DNA of 64,000 nt, taken from contig OZ281501.1 of assembly GCA_965637545.1 (NCBI GenBank), forward strand, positions 930,001-994,000, in the 5' to 3' direction. This stretch comes from Phallusia mammillata (lineage: Eukaryota). A program made the position numbers and the translations under genes. Each line of letters begins with the position of its first letter. The first letter of the stretch is position 1. Below the pieces are notes generated by a model that was given only the letters and a program-made list of their open reading frames with translations, was not told the DNA's origin and did not search any database. This document shows, piece by piece, positions 51,101 to 62,300 of the stretch.

Positions 51101-53045
51101 GACATTAAATTAGCAGCCCCAAAAGCACATTTAATTTATAGGCGTTCCCTAATGATTTAAAGGTGTTCTCTTCCCGACTTATATCGCAAGATTTAACACC
51201 TCGGGTATAACGTTGTGAAATAAATCACAGTACGCCAGGCCCATTGAAGGCGCTATACCGAATCAGCCGGTCACCAAGCATTCACCACCATATGGCAAGG
51301 CGTAGGCTAGAAAAATCTAGCCTGCGGTGGGATTCGAACCCACGACAGGAGTTGTGAAATAAGGTTTGTCTTCACTCCAATGTTATCAAATTTATTTTGG
51401 TGAAACACAATTCGTCACCTTTTATCGTAGTTCTTGGATCTGACTTCCAAGTTGATCCTCCAGTCGAGCTTCGGTAACAGAATCCAGGTCTGTACATTAA
51501 AACTCCGCAAGCCATTTCCTTGGTAGGGGAACATGCCTAAATTCACAACTTAAGGTACAACTTTGAAAGAGCTACTTTGATCGGAAACAAGTCGTACGTA
51601 TTTGTTCTTACAAAAATATAATAATACGCACAGTTTGTTGAAAAATCATGTCGTAATAATAATTAAAACAGTTCTTTATGCCGAACTATTCAAATTCTAA
51701 TGGTTGTGATGTGAAGTAAAACATGATTAAGTTTTCGTTATGGTTATGGGATCGAATCCCATCTAGGCTTTCCCGTACGATAGGTTTGAAAGACTGACGT
51801 TGAAACGTATGGCACTGAATGCGGTTTTTATTCACATAAACTTGTTAGAAATAATACCAGTGATGAAACCAGTTTGTGACTCAACACAATTTCACTTACG
51901 CCTAGTTTACCATCCGGTAATACGTCGACGCTTTGTCCGAATGAATCACCAGGTTCAGCGCTGGGTGGAGCTATAGAGCTACACTGAGTATTGTTGAGTA
52001 AGCTTGAAGCTTGACAGGAAACAATGTTTCCCTTCGCCAGGCACTTTTTCTCTAGATGAAAATAAGGATGTGTGTTCATTTAATAATCATCACTTACTAC
52101 CACTGTAATTCCTTTTTAGGTTTCGGGCTATTTTTGCCCCCGTATGACCATTCGTGGACTTGATGAAAGTTTAAACAATATGAAATGAAAAAAGACAATA
52201 TTTGAATTTCGGAAATAGGTTTTGTGTATTACAAATTGTTTGCGGGCTCTCAGTAGTCTTTAAACGACGTTTTTGAGTAACACTGCCGTACAACAACAGC
52301 ATGAGGGGTCCAATACCCTCAAACGTAATTTCTTGACCTATGTGTAGCTGGAAATGGACACAGTTTCTGGCAACTTCTTACCTGTTTCTACTTCCCTGTT
52401 TGTGCACTGGTCTTTCGGATTTTCAGGATTAGTTCGCTTCGGTGCCCCAATCAGAAGCCTAAACACATTATACGTGAATTGGTACAAGGAAAAGAGTTTG
52501 AGGTTTGGGGCTCAAAGCTCATGGCAACCTATTATCTTAACTACTAATTTTTTCTTACTTTTTTACGAAATCGTTTAACAATGACAAATCGGATAAAGAG
52601 AAAATGCAAATATATATAATGACTGATGTCAGAAATTATTTTGCAAACTTGGCTAAGTGTTAAAATGATTGAAATGTGTTAATAAATCTTGCCTCAAAAA
52701 CAGCTATAACTTATTAGCATAATTTCATGTATTCAAAACGGTGGCGTAAAAATTATTATTGTTTTCTACATTCCAACTACATTTTAACACATCATGAAAA
52801 AAATATACTCCAAATTACATCGCTAACCTTTGTTTGCTCATTACAATGTCGTATCCGAAGTAGGCCGGGGAGAGTTGGTTTGAAGAATTGTTATTTCCAC
52901 TTTGTACAGGAAAGTTCTGAGAACTCTGATAAGTTTGTGACCTGACTAGTGTGTAGGTTCCAGGCGTGATGGCCAAATTGGCGGCCAGTATAATGTCTGG
53001 CATCAAGACAGCAAAGAAACACGCTAAAGTGTATTTTAATATCAT
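48179..53045 (-). CDS. Integrin alpha head cassette F (most distal; no own C-terminal region)
   Basis: Exons 52828-53045 (MILKYTLACFFAVLMPDIILAANL), 52382-52458 (LLIGAP), 51900-52051 (GDSFGQSV), 51419-51536, 50676-50853 (DLMFVLDGSGS), 50353-50419, 49674-49816 (LLTDG), 48923-49028, 48310-48427 (..VTLEG), 48179-48252 (QLGEMGFATNSAK, AAA|GTAAGT phase 0). ATG of cassette E is only about 840 bp downstream. Confidence 0.92.
49477..49636 (+). mobile_element. tRNA-derived SINE (most complete copy)
   Basis: Pol III A-box TAACTCAGTTGG and B-box GGTTCGAATCC, followed by a non-tRNA body (GGGAATGCTTGGTGAC.GGCTGATTC) shared with copies at 24839-24960 and 51225-51345. Confidence 0.8.
51225..51345 (-). mobile_element. 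tRNA-derived SINE, 5'-truncated
   Basis: Reverse complement of the same family (GAATCAGCCGGTCACCAAGCATTC...CCTGCGGTGGGATTCGAACCCACG); a B-box-only fragment also lies at 18855-18879. Confidence 0.75.
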
Positions 53046-56000
53046 GACAAGTATTTATGTACGTGCTCAGGATGCTACTTCCGTTAGTTTCTGCGAATGT
53101 TGGGTTCAATAGAGTATCATGTCTTGTAAAGCCTTATAAGTGTATTATCAGATATAACTTGGTAAAAACTTTACGCATTTTGATACTTTCTTAAAGGGGA
53201 CAACTTAATTAAACCACTGATACAGTCCAAAGTCCTTTATATAATCCTTCTGTTATTCAACTTTCGTAATGTACAAACGCGATACGGCCATCACGGACCT
53301 TATTATTGTAAAGGCTACTGCATAAGGTACCTGCAGATATCTATGGCCTCCTTAAATATTTCCAACAATTAAAAAATAGTAAACAGAACGAAAAGGTCTC
53401 AAACTATGTAAACTAATGTATTATAGGCTACGAATCAATTTTTAAATTGAACCTTGTTCTCATACATCGAAAATATAAGCAGTGAACCTTAATACTTTCT
53501 GCATGGTACTTAATTTATCACAAATAACCGATGTCTCTCGTGATTATATAACGCTCGTGGTTCTATAATCCATTCAAAACAATTCGACCTGTCATTTCGC
53601 GGTGATAAATGCTGAATATTTTCGCCCGACCTTTACGTTTATTTATAGGTGTCTATGGTTCAAGCTTTTCAAGATCTTATATGCGCACATACATAATGAT
53701 GTAGTATTTAAAATGAGTTGTGTACGAAATTGTATGTTAATTCTACTAGTAGGTATAATCAGTGCCTTCCTGTAGAACACATGAGAAAAGCGTGGCACTA
53801 TAGTCTTATTTGCTAATAATATTATTTCGATTTAGTAAGTTTCACACTGAACGAATCTTGATTTACTTTAGAATTACTTCGTAGTCGCCGGTATAAGTTT
53901 TAGAAAATAAGTTTGCATTGTTTTTATGGTCGTTCTATACATTGTTTTACATTTAGTAATCAAATTTAGCAATAATCGCTAAATATGCTAAAAGCATGAA
54001 ATACATTCACAAAGTCGTTCACTACCTTGTAAGCTTGTGCAACACTATTATGCAATTTTACATTTATACGGCAAACCTCGCTTAAACCGCATTCGATTTA
54101 TCCAAGTCCTCGCCTAAATCGGACAAAACTTGAGATACAAATGATTTGTAATGTGGTAAGACTTTAACTAATCGACATTCGGTTAATCCGGATCTTCGTC
54201 TAATCTGGTCCAGATTAACTAAGGTTTGTTATATAAATTTTCCATTACATTTCCAAACTGCACTTCAGCTCTGTCTTTGTGAACTCTTAACGCGCTAGAC
54301 TCAAGTCATGCACAACTGAATCAGCCAAATGTTCTTATTTCACCCCGTTCATGATATTTTGGCAATCCACCTCTGGCAGTTGTTTTGATTCAAGTCACGA
54401 TTTGCCAAGAAACGTCGCTAATTACAAACTCGTTGAAAGGAAAGGAAACATTTTTTGCTTTCCAAACACGAAACAAAATTCGTTTCAAAAATTATACAAC
54501 AAGCCAGTCTGTATGCCCACACAAGCTATGATGCTCGTTATTTACGACATAAACCAACAGTATTTCAAACTAGCGTTTTTCCGACATTATAAAGTCGAAT
54601 TTTATTCTACCTGTCGGATTTTTTTAAAAGTATACCTGTACATTATTTAAATTCAACAACAACGTGCACCTAAATTAATAAAAGTTAGCCAGGAATATTT
54701 TTTCATTTTGACATTTACAGAAATATCCGCAGTAATCAAACACATTATACAATCGCGTTTGCCCTTCCTTTGTCTCTTCCTGTTTAAAGTCCGGCTCGTA
54801 TCGAATTTAGGGGACCGTTTTGCAGCATAAACGAAAAAATGTAAACAAAATGTAACAGCACTGTCTCTTGGCCAATAAAGACTTCATTTCTACTTATCAC
54901 TGGTGTTTTTTGAGGCTCAATAGTGTTTTTGTTTACTCTACTTTCTTGCTATAATACTTCTCAGCTATCTCTCATGCTTCCTGAAACTTCCAAGTACGAA
55001 ACCCCTAAGATCCATAAATCAAAAAAGCTCCAGTATTCATCCTTTGAAGTTTGCCTGTCTTCGGTTGAACAAAAAAACAAAAAAAAAACACCGCAAGCCT
55101 AAAGTCACTACGCGGAAAACTCCAAACACAGCTAATCTAGCGAATCTTGCAAATGATCTGTTCGATTGTGACAAATTATTTTATTCAGACGTTTCCGAAT
55201 CACGTTTCTGTTCGTCCTGTTACGTCACGCATTACGTCAAATCCTGGCACCGAATTTGGGCAAATAGTCCTTGAAGATGTAAATCGATTCTAAGTCATGA
55301 TTTCTTTACACGCTAATGATCAAAATGATGAATGTACATTTAGGCCACTGTACTACGACAAGGGTGCTATCTACGTCACTGGTCGCCAACTTAACGTTTA
55401 GTGGGCACCAAACAATAAAGGAAATGTGTTCATAATCTTAAAAAATCATATAGTGTTACCACTAATATGCCACAGACTTCGATTTTTAATATTCTGTAGA
55501 CAATGATTCACTCACAAATTTGCCTTATTTAACTTTAAATTTTGACAAATGCCCCTGGTCTTCCGAAAATGTATGCAATCAAAGGTGGATGCAAAATTAT
55601 TATAATAGGTCAAATGCAAATTAACTTATTGTGTCTTAAAACCGGTCAGGAGTGTTTATGCTGCTGGTTAAAAGAAAACTTAGCGACAAAATTGTATCTA
55701 AACTGTCACCAAAACCGAAAATCGCAGCAAAACGTAAAACGTGCCACAGCTATATCGTCATCGTAAACATTAGGATTTTACTTCATTGGTGTTTTGCTGC
55801 TGGGACGACAAAAGCACTATTTCGATCTTTGTTATAAAATCTTTTTTTTTCATTCATTTGTATACCCTGTTTGTGTTAATCTGAATATCTCACAGCTCTT
55901 GTGTGATTTTGTCTTTTATAAACGAATAAAAATCGAAACAAAAAAGCAAAAAGTCACAGTTGAAACAAATGGAAGCGAAAAAACAAAAACAAACAGAACG

Positions 56001-56335
56001 GACAAAGTCGTGTTGAACGAACACAACACAGGCACAGCGGATGAACCTTGCAATGACCGAGAATACAGAGAAACCATAAGCCAAGCTAATTCCAAGGAAG
56101 AGGCCACGACAAGTTAATGTCATTCGGGGGGAAAACATGGCAACAAGAATGTCTGGGTAAATATGTAAACTACCGTGGTTTTATGAGCTGAATTTGATTT
56201 GAAAACAAAAAGTAAAATTTTGTCACAATAGCACAATGCCTTTTATGATAGAAGGTGAAATACAGCACTCAACGGCGTATATGATTACACTGTCTGGTTC
56301 CGTCAGATGCGCGGTTGTCAACAAAACAGTTTCAA

Positions 56336-59300
56336 TCAGTGTGCAAGTAACATATCGATGTCGTTGATAATTTCCTGTGTTTCCCGCATACTCACTGCGC
56401 TATTGTCCACCTGAGGGGGATACCCTTGGTGTATGACGTCACTGACACGTGACGACGATGATGACGTACCAGAAATTTGCGATGATACACCGATTCCGCT
56501 GGATGGCGCCGGTGAGGGAGAAAGAGAATTTGAAAATCGCGCCGCGTCGCTCAGGCGCTGATTGTTATGACGCGATGTGATGTCATATTGGTACGCCGCC
56601 ATTTCCGGTGATTGTTCGTGACGTCGAGACTCTGACGCGATTCGACAAATGGAACGGCGCACGTGTTCACGCATGACGTCAGGTTCGTACTCGTATGGGA
56701 TACTCGCATCCGCGGGTGGTGATGACTCTTCGATTGTCTCTAGTACTCGATTGTACTCGTTTTGAAATTGGATCTGATTGGGTGCAGAACAGTTCAAAAA
56801 ATCTACAAACAACAAATGTTTGGTTTAAAGTTTGAGCATTTAATGTTTGTACTTTTATGTCCAGTTTATATATTTATTGGTGTTTTAACATTTAACAAGA
56901 GTTGGGGGTCTGGAGCATGAAAAACTACAATAGTTAAAAAAACGTGACAGGTAATTATTGACTACCTTGTGTAGGCGAGGGCATCCAGCAGATGTCGCTG
57001 TGGCCGAATTGCAAACATTCTTCTGTGCATCTACTACCGCTAGACGGCGCAGCGTAGTCGTATTTGTGAGTTTGAACTTCGGCGGAAGCGTAGGGAAGGA
57101 CTTCAAGTAATTTGGGAAATTCTAAAAACAAAACGGAATTCGATCAAGATTATGCCGAAAAACAGACTAAGGTGTAAAATCCACAAATAGATTGTCCTGA
57201 AGCAAACATGGCCGAAACGCAAATTAAGTTTTTTCTTTGCTTTGCATTGCCTCAAGTGCCCGGGAGACAGTCTTGATTCGGCGTAACGCATTTAAATAGG
57301 CCTAGAAGCGTCGACTAGTACACTTTTGCACACACACACATCCCGCTTAACTACGATTTTCAGACCTCATAGAGCAGTGGTTCTCAAACTTTTTTGAACG
57401 CGACCCAGAGTCTTATAAACACCTCACGACCCAAGCCTCAAACAACAAAAAATGTATTTTATTTCCTTGTACGAATAATTACTCATACTCTAACGCTAAC
57501 TGTCACATGGCCAAGTTCAGCTAACGCAAGATTAACTTATCCTATTATTTCCCGTGCTATGACGTTACAATCGCCGTGTGCGAAACAGTATAGTGGGAAG
57601 GCTATAATAGCCTTGTGTGCGCGACCCATTTTTTTACCCTGTGCGACCCATGTTTGGGTCGCGACCCATACTTTGAGAACCACTGTCATAGAGTCATATA
57701 CTTAACATGCATTGTACAAAAGCCTTAAACAACTGTGTCAACTTGTATTTGCTAACCCGAAGGTTATACCAACTTGCAAGTTAAACAACAATAAGGGACA
57801 GATCTTGTGTTTTACCTCTTTCATTTGTTCCACTGAAACTGCTACTGTCAGGATCACTGTCGCCTCTACCGCTGTCTCCGTCGTTCTGTGATAAAGCTGA
57901 TGCTGGTGGGATCAGACCGATGATCTTAGCATGGGCGATCTGAACATAAATATGGATGTTGAGTACTTGGACTAACTTACTAGTCACGTATCAGTTACTT
58001 CAGCTTTACTATTTCTAAGGCTGTGTATGTTATTGGATGAATTTTCATTAACTTTGATGAGTGTATAAATTTTAACCCAACAATTGACTTTTTAGGGCAG
58101 GGGTGTCAAACTCGCGGCCAGCGGGCCGCATGCGGCCCACAGAGCCCTCTAATGCGACCCTCAAACACTCAACAACAATTGTAGTATTTTGTAAGATAAT
58201 TATCTAAATTTCATAAATTTTTGTGAAGCTATTATTTAAAGCAGACATTTACAGAAATTGAATTTATAAATAAAAACTCATATGTTATGAATGGAAACGA
58301 TAGTAAAACCGTTCCTCTGACTAAAAATAAGCGTTAAGTTTGAGTGTATATAAATAGATTAAAAATCACATGCGACCCCTCGCATAATTTCCAAACTGCA
58401 ATGTGGCTCTCGAAGCCCCACGAGTTTGACACCCCTGTTTTAAGGTATTCAATGGGATATTGGAAATACAGTTCTTAGAGTCTGATACTGATACAATACT
58501 TGGCACCCGCAGATAGATATAATGAATATCCGATTGTTTTGATGAAAACACTTACTTTTCCTTCGCATGAAAACGTGCTGAGTGACGTAGGGGGTCTTTC
58601 CCCTGGTGACATTACTTGAAAGGCGGTGACGTAATCTTGACGTGACGTTGTGGTGAGGTCAGAAAATGATCCGCGTGTCGAGTCAGATGTTGTCCTAGGC
58701 AAGCGAAAACTGTTATATTTAGATTTGAGAGTTTGTTTGTTCGAAACTTAGGTTTACGTTTCTTGTTTGCATTGCATAATCATAATTAGGTGTAAGTTAT
58801 AATTATTCCAAAATCCCAAACAACCCTCAATAAGACAAAAAATGAATAAAACCGTTTGTTTACCTTGTACTCTTTGACTTGGTGGAGTTGACAGTTGGAT
58901 TTTCCTTCTGGGTTAGTGGTTCAGTTTCGTTAACATTAGACGCTGTGTCTTGGTTGGTGCTGGACGATTTGGTTTTTGATGATTTCGTTTCTTCGCTCTG
59001 TTTTCCTTCAGCACTTCTGGCCAACCATCCACGTTTGTGCTCTGCGTCCTGACAGTTGTAAGTTCGAACTTTCTGTAAACGAAACATCATCAAGTTAATA
59101 TCAATGCGAGTTCCATTGCAAAAAAACAATTATTAACACTAATGGTCAGTTTCTTGCCACTTAAACTTTACTGGTTCTTTGATTTGAACTTAATTTCGGA
59201 TCTACCAAATTAGTGTAACTATCACATGAGTTGCAAATACACTTAAAGGTTAAAGAATTTAATGCTTTTTTCAAGCAACAATAGTAACTACTCGCATGTG

Positions 59301-62300
59301 AACTCGATTTAGCTGGTAACTCGACTTGTGGTTGCATTAACTCGTATCACGTGAGTCCCTGTTTACCTTGTTATCCTTCTTGCACTTGACAACGACAACA
59401 GCAATTATGACGATAAGCAGAAGAGTAGCAGCTGCCAAAGATATCACGATGATCAGAAACTCGCTGGAAATCGTAATTTTGGCGGCTCCAGTCTTCGATC
59501 TGTGCCCGTGTGTGAGCTCCAACGGTAGAAGGGAGTCAGAAACTTGGACGAATAAGTTAATACGAGTTTTGCGTTTTGGTGTTCCCGCATCCATAGCCTG
59601 TGTAAAAACAAAAATGATATTTAAAGAAACAGCACTTAACTTATACAGTCGTGGTATTTGTAAAATAAATTTTACCTTGTTAGTAAAAACGTAGTAATAG
59701 ACAGGTTAATTGCTAATGGGTCAAGCAGAGCATAGAACCAAACAGATATAGTATCAAAAACCGTTTTCTTATTACAAATTATAACAATAAACCTTACCCG
59801 AAATACAATAAGATGTTCTCCTACAAGTTTTTCTGCATCTTCTCTGCTCAGATTCAGTCTCAGTTCTCCAGTTGCGTTGTCAAGTACAAAGAAACCATAA
59901 GGGATCTGTCCATCTTTTACTTGACTCTCAGTCATGCCGTCAACACTTTCCATGATCAACTCCACTTCACCATTAGCCTGGTCATCGTAGTCAGTCACCT
60001 GAAGGTAATGGATAAGTCAGTGAGTTGACACAACAAAGAATTTAACGAGGCTTGTGATTGGACATAAATGCACCAAACGCTGTATGATTTAGGTTGCACC
60101 ACACGTGTGGTCTTACGTTATGTAAACAGTTACATTAGTGTCAACTTGTGTGGGACAATGTTACGAATTACAACTCATATACTGGTAGTCCGTCCTAGAA
60201 AGGAAAATAACCAAATTTCCTGGTTTGAAAACTTCCCAAAAAACTGTTTAAGATGTTGTAATTATTGCTTCAAGCACTGGAATCAATTCCTACCTGTATT
60301 TTTGTAATCACGTCGTTGTTAAGTATCGTAGCATAGACAGTTGAGTTGTCGAGTGCAGGGTTAGTAAAGATTGGACTGTTGTCGTTTGTATCGTTCACAA
60401 TGATCTTCAAAATGCAACTGCTTCGCTTAGCTGGATGACCTCCATCTCTTGCCCAAATCGTAACCTAAATTTGTAGTCATAAGCACAACTATTTCAACAT
60501 GCAAATTTGGTTGTTAAAAAGGGGTTATTTAAACATTCTAATACTACTAGTTAAAACAATTATTAGCATGTATTTGTACCTTAATTTCGGCCATGCGTTC
60601 TCGGTCCAGAGGTCGGATCAGAGTGATCTTGCCTGACCTTGAGTCGACAGTGACGTAACGATCGTCTGAGTCAATGGAGTATATGACGTCACCATTATGG
60701 GATTTGACAATCTCTCCATCCTGAAAAAACAAAAATAATAAAATAATACGCTTCCATTATACATCTTTACCATGTTGTATTATTCTGTTTGAATAAGGAT
60801 TTGCTTGTCATTCTATTTGAATAATGAGTAAATACCTTGTTTTTCCTTAATACTGGTGCTTTAGTTGCGTCTGCGTCAGTAGCTGCGACAGTTATGATAT
60901 TAGTTCCAACCTCTGAAGCTTCTGATAAAGTGATTTCGTATAATGGCATCTCGAATTCAGGATCATTGTCGTTTTCATCTAAAACTTCGACGGTGACGTT
61001 TGAAAACGTGCATCTGCAAGATAACGTTAAATGTTACTGGCAATTAGTCATCAGAAGTTACAACGTTTCTTACTTTGATTCATTTTTCGTGTCGACAATT
61101 TCGCCATTTTAACATCAGTACATTTTAAATCTGCATTGTATTGTGTTTAGTTATATTTACCTTGGAGGTGTTCCTTTGTCGCAAGCTGATATCACAAGTT
61201 TATATTTATTCTCAGCCTCTCTGTCCAATTTCTTGCCAGTTCCGATCAAACCGTCGGCGGCCAGCACAAAGTGGCCACTATCGGCAGCAGAGTAACCTAA
61301 AATACAATTTCATTATTTGTCTTTCTTGTCAAAGCTTTAAATAATAACAAAAGTTTCTCTCAGAAGTTATTCACATTTTTAATTGTTTTAATTCTTGGCA
61401 ATATGTTTTTTCTGTTTTATTTATTGGTTATTCGGTGCAAAATGTGTTTTTTTAGAATGCTTGCTTACCAGTTTGTGAGTACTGTTGGGTCCATATCGTA
61501 ACTTTTGCTTCACCATTCTTTCCATTGTCCAAATCATTGGCGCTGACATACGCCAAATAAGTGCCGATATCACTTGATTCAGAGATGTAAGCTGCAAACA
61601 CATTGTACATACATGGTAAGTGGCAACATATGAACGAGTCTTATGAAACCGTTTGTTGCATTGCTTACCTGTGTTCTGGTTTGAGTCTACGATGTAGTTA
61701 ATGTTGATTACAGGTGCATTGTCGTTCATATCTTCCACGTGGAGTGTAAGGAAAGTTCTAGCAGTGCGTTGGTTCACTTCACTGCTATCGCTTGCCTCAA
61801 TTACAATCCTCATCCTGTTAATATATAACAAGTTGATGACACATTTTCCTTGTTTTAAAAGTAATCTGGTTTGCGAAGTTAGTGTCAACCCTGTCCGGTC
61901 TAAAGAGTCTGACTTTTTGGATAGTGTGACATTACCGTGAATAAAAACGCGCCGAAATGAGACGTCGAAACGTCTTATGAGTCAAACATAATTGCCAGTT
62001 AATCAAAAGGACAGCTTACTTCTGATCACATATTACATTTTGCCCTGTAGTTTATGATTTTTATCGGTGTTTAATTTACATCACAATTTTTCCTTTTTTG
62101 TGTCACAATTCTCACCCGTCGTGAGCTTCGCGGTCCAGTTTTTGTCGCAACGTGACCATTCCGGTATCCCTGTCTATTTTCACAAGCCTTGATGCGCTCG
62201 ACTCCTCATCGCCCAAGTAGTAAACCATTCTCCCATTGTCTCCACTGTCAGCATCTTCCGCTCGGACTTGGACAATTGGCGAACCCGGATCGAGGTTTTC

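Noticed and set aside
10156-53045. Reading the array as six complete tandem integrin genes
   Set aside because: No blade 3-7, thigh, calf or TM exons were found between cassettes, and gaps of 0.84-4.3 kb cannot hold them.
55794-56138. Overlapping ORFs downstream of the protocadherin stop
   Set aside because: Low-complexity, most likely 3' UTR of the protocadherin; no coding signature.
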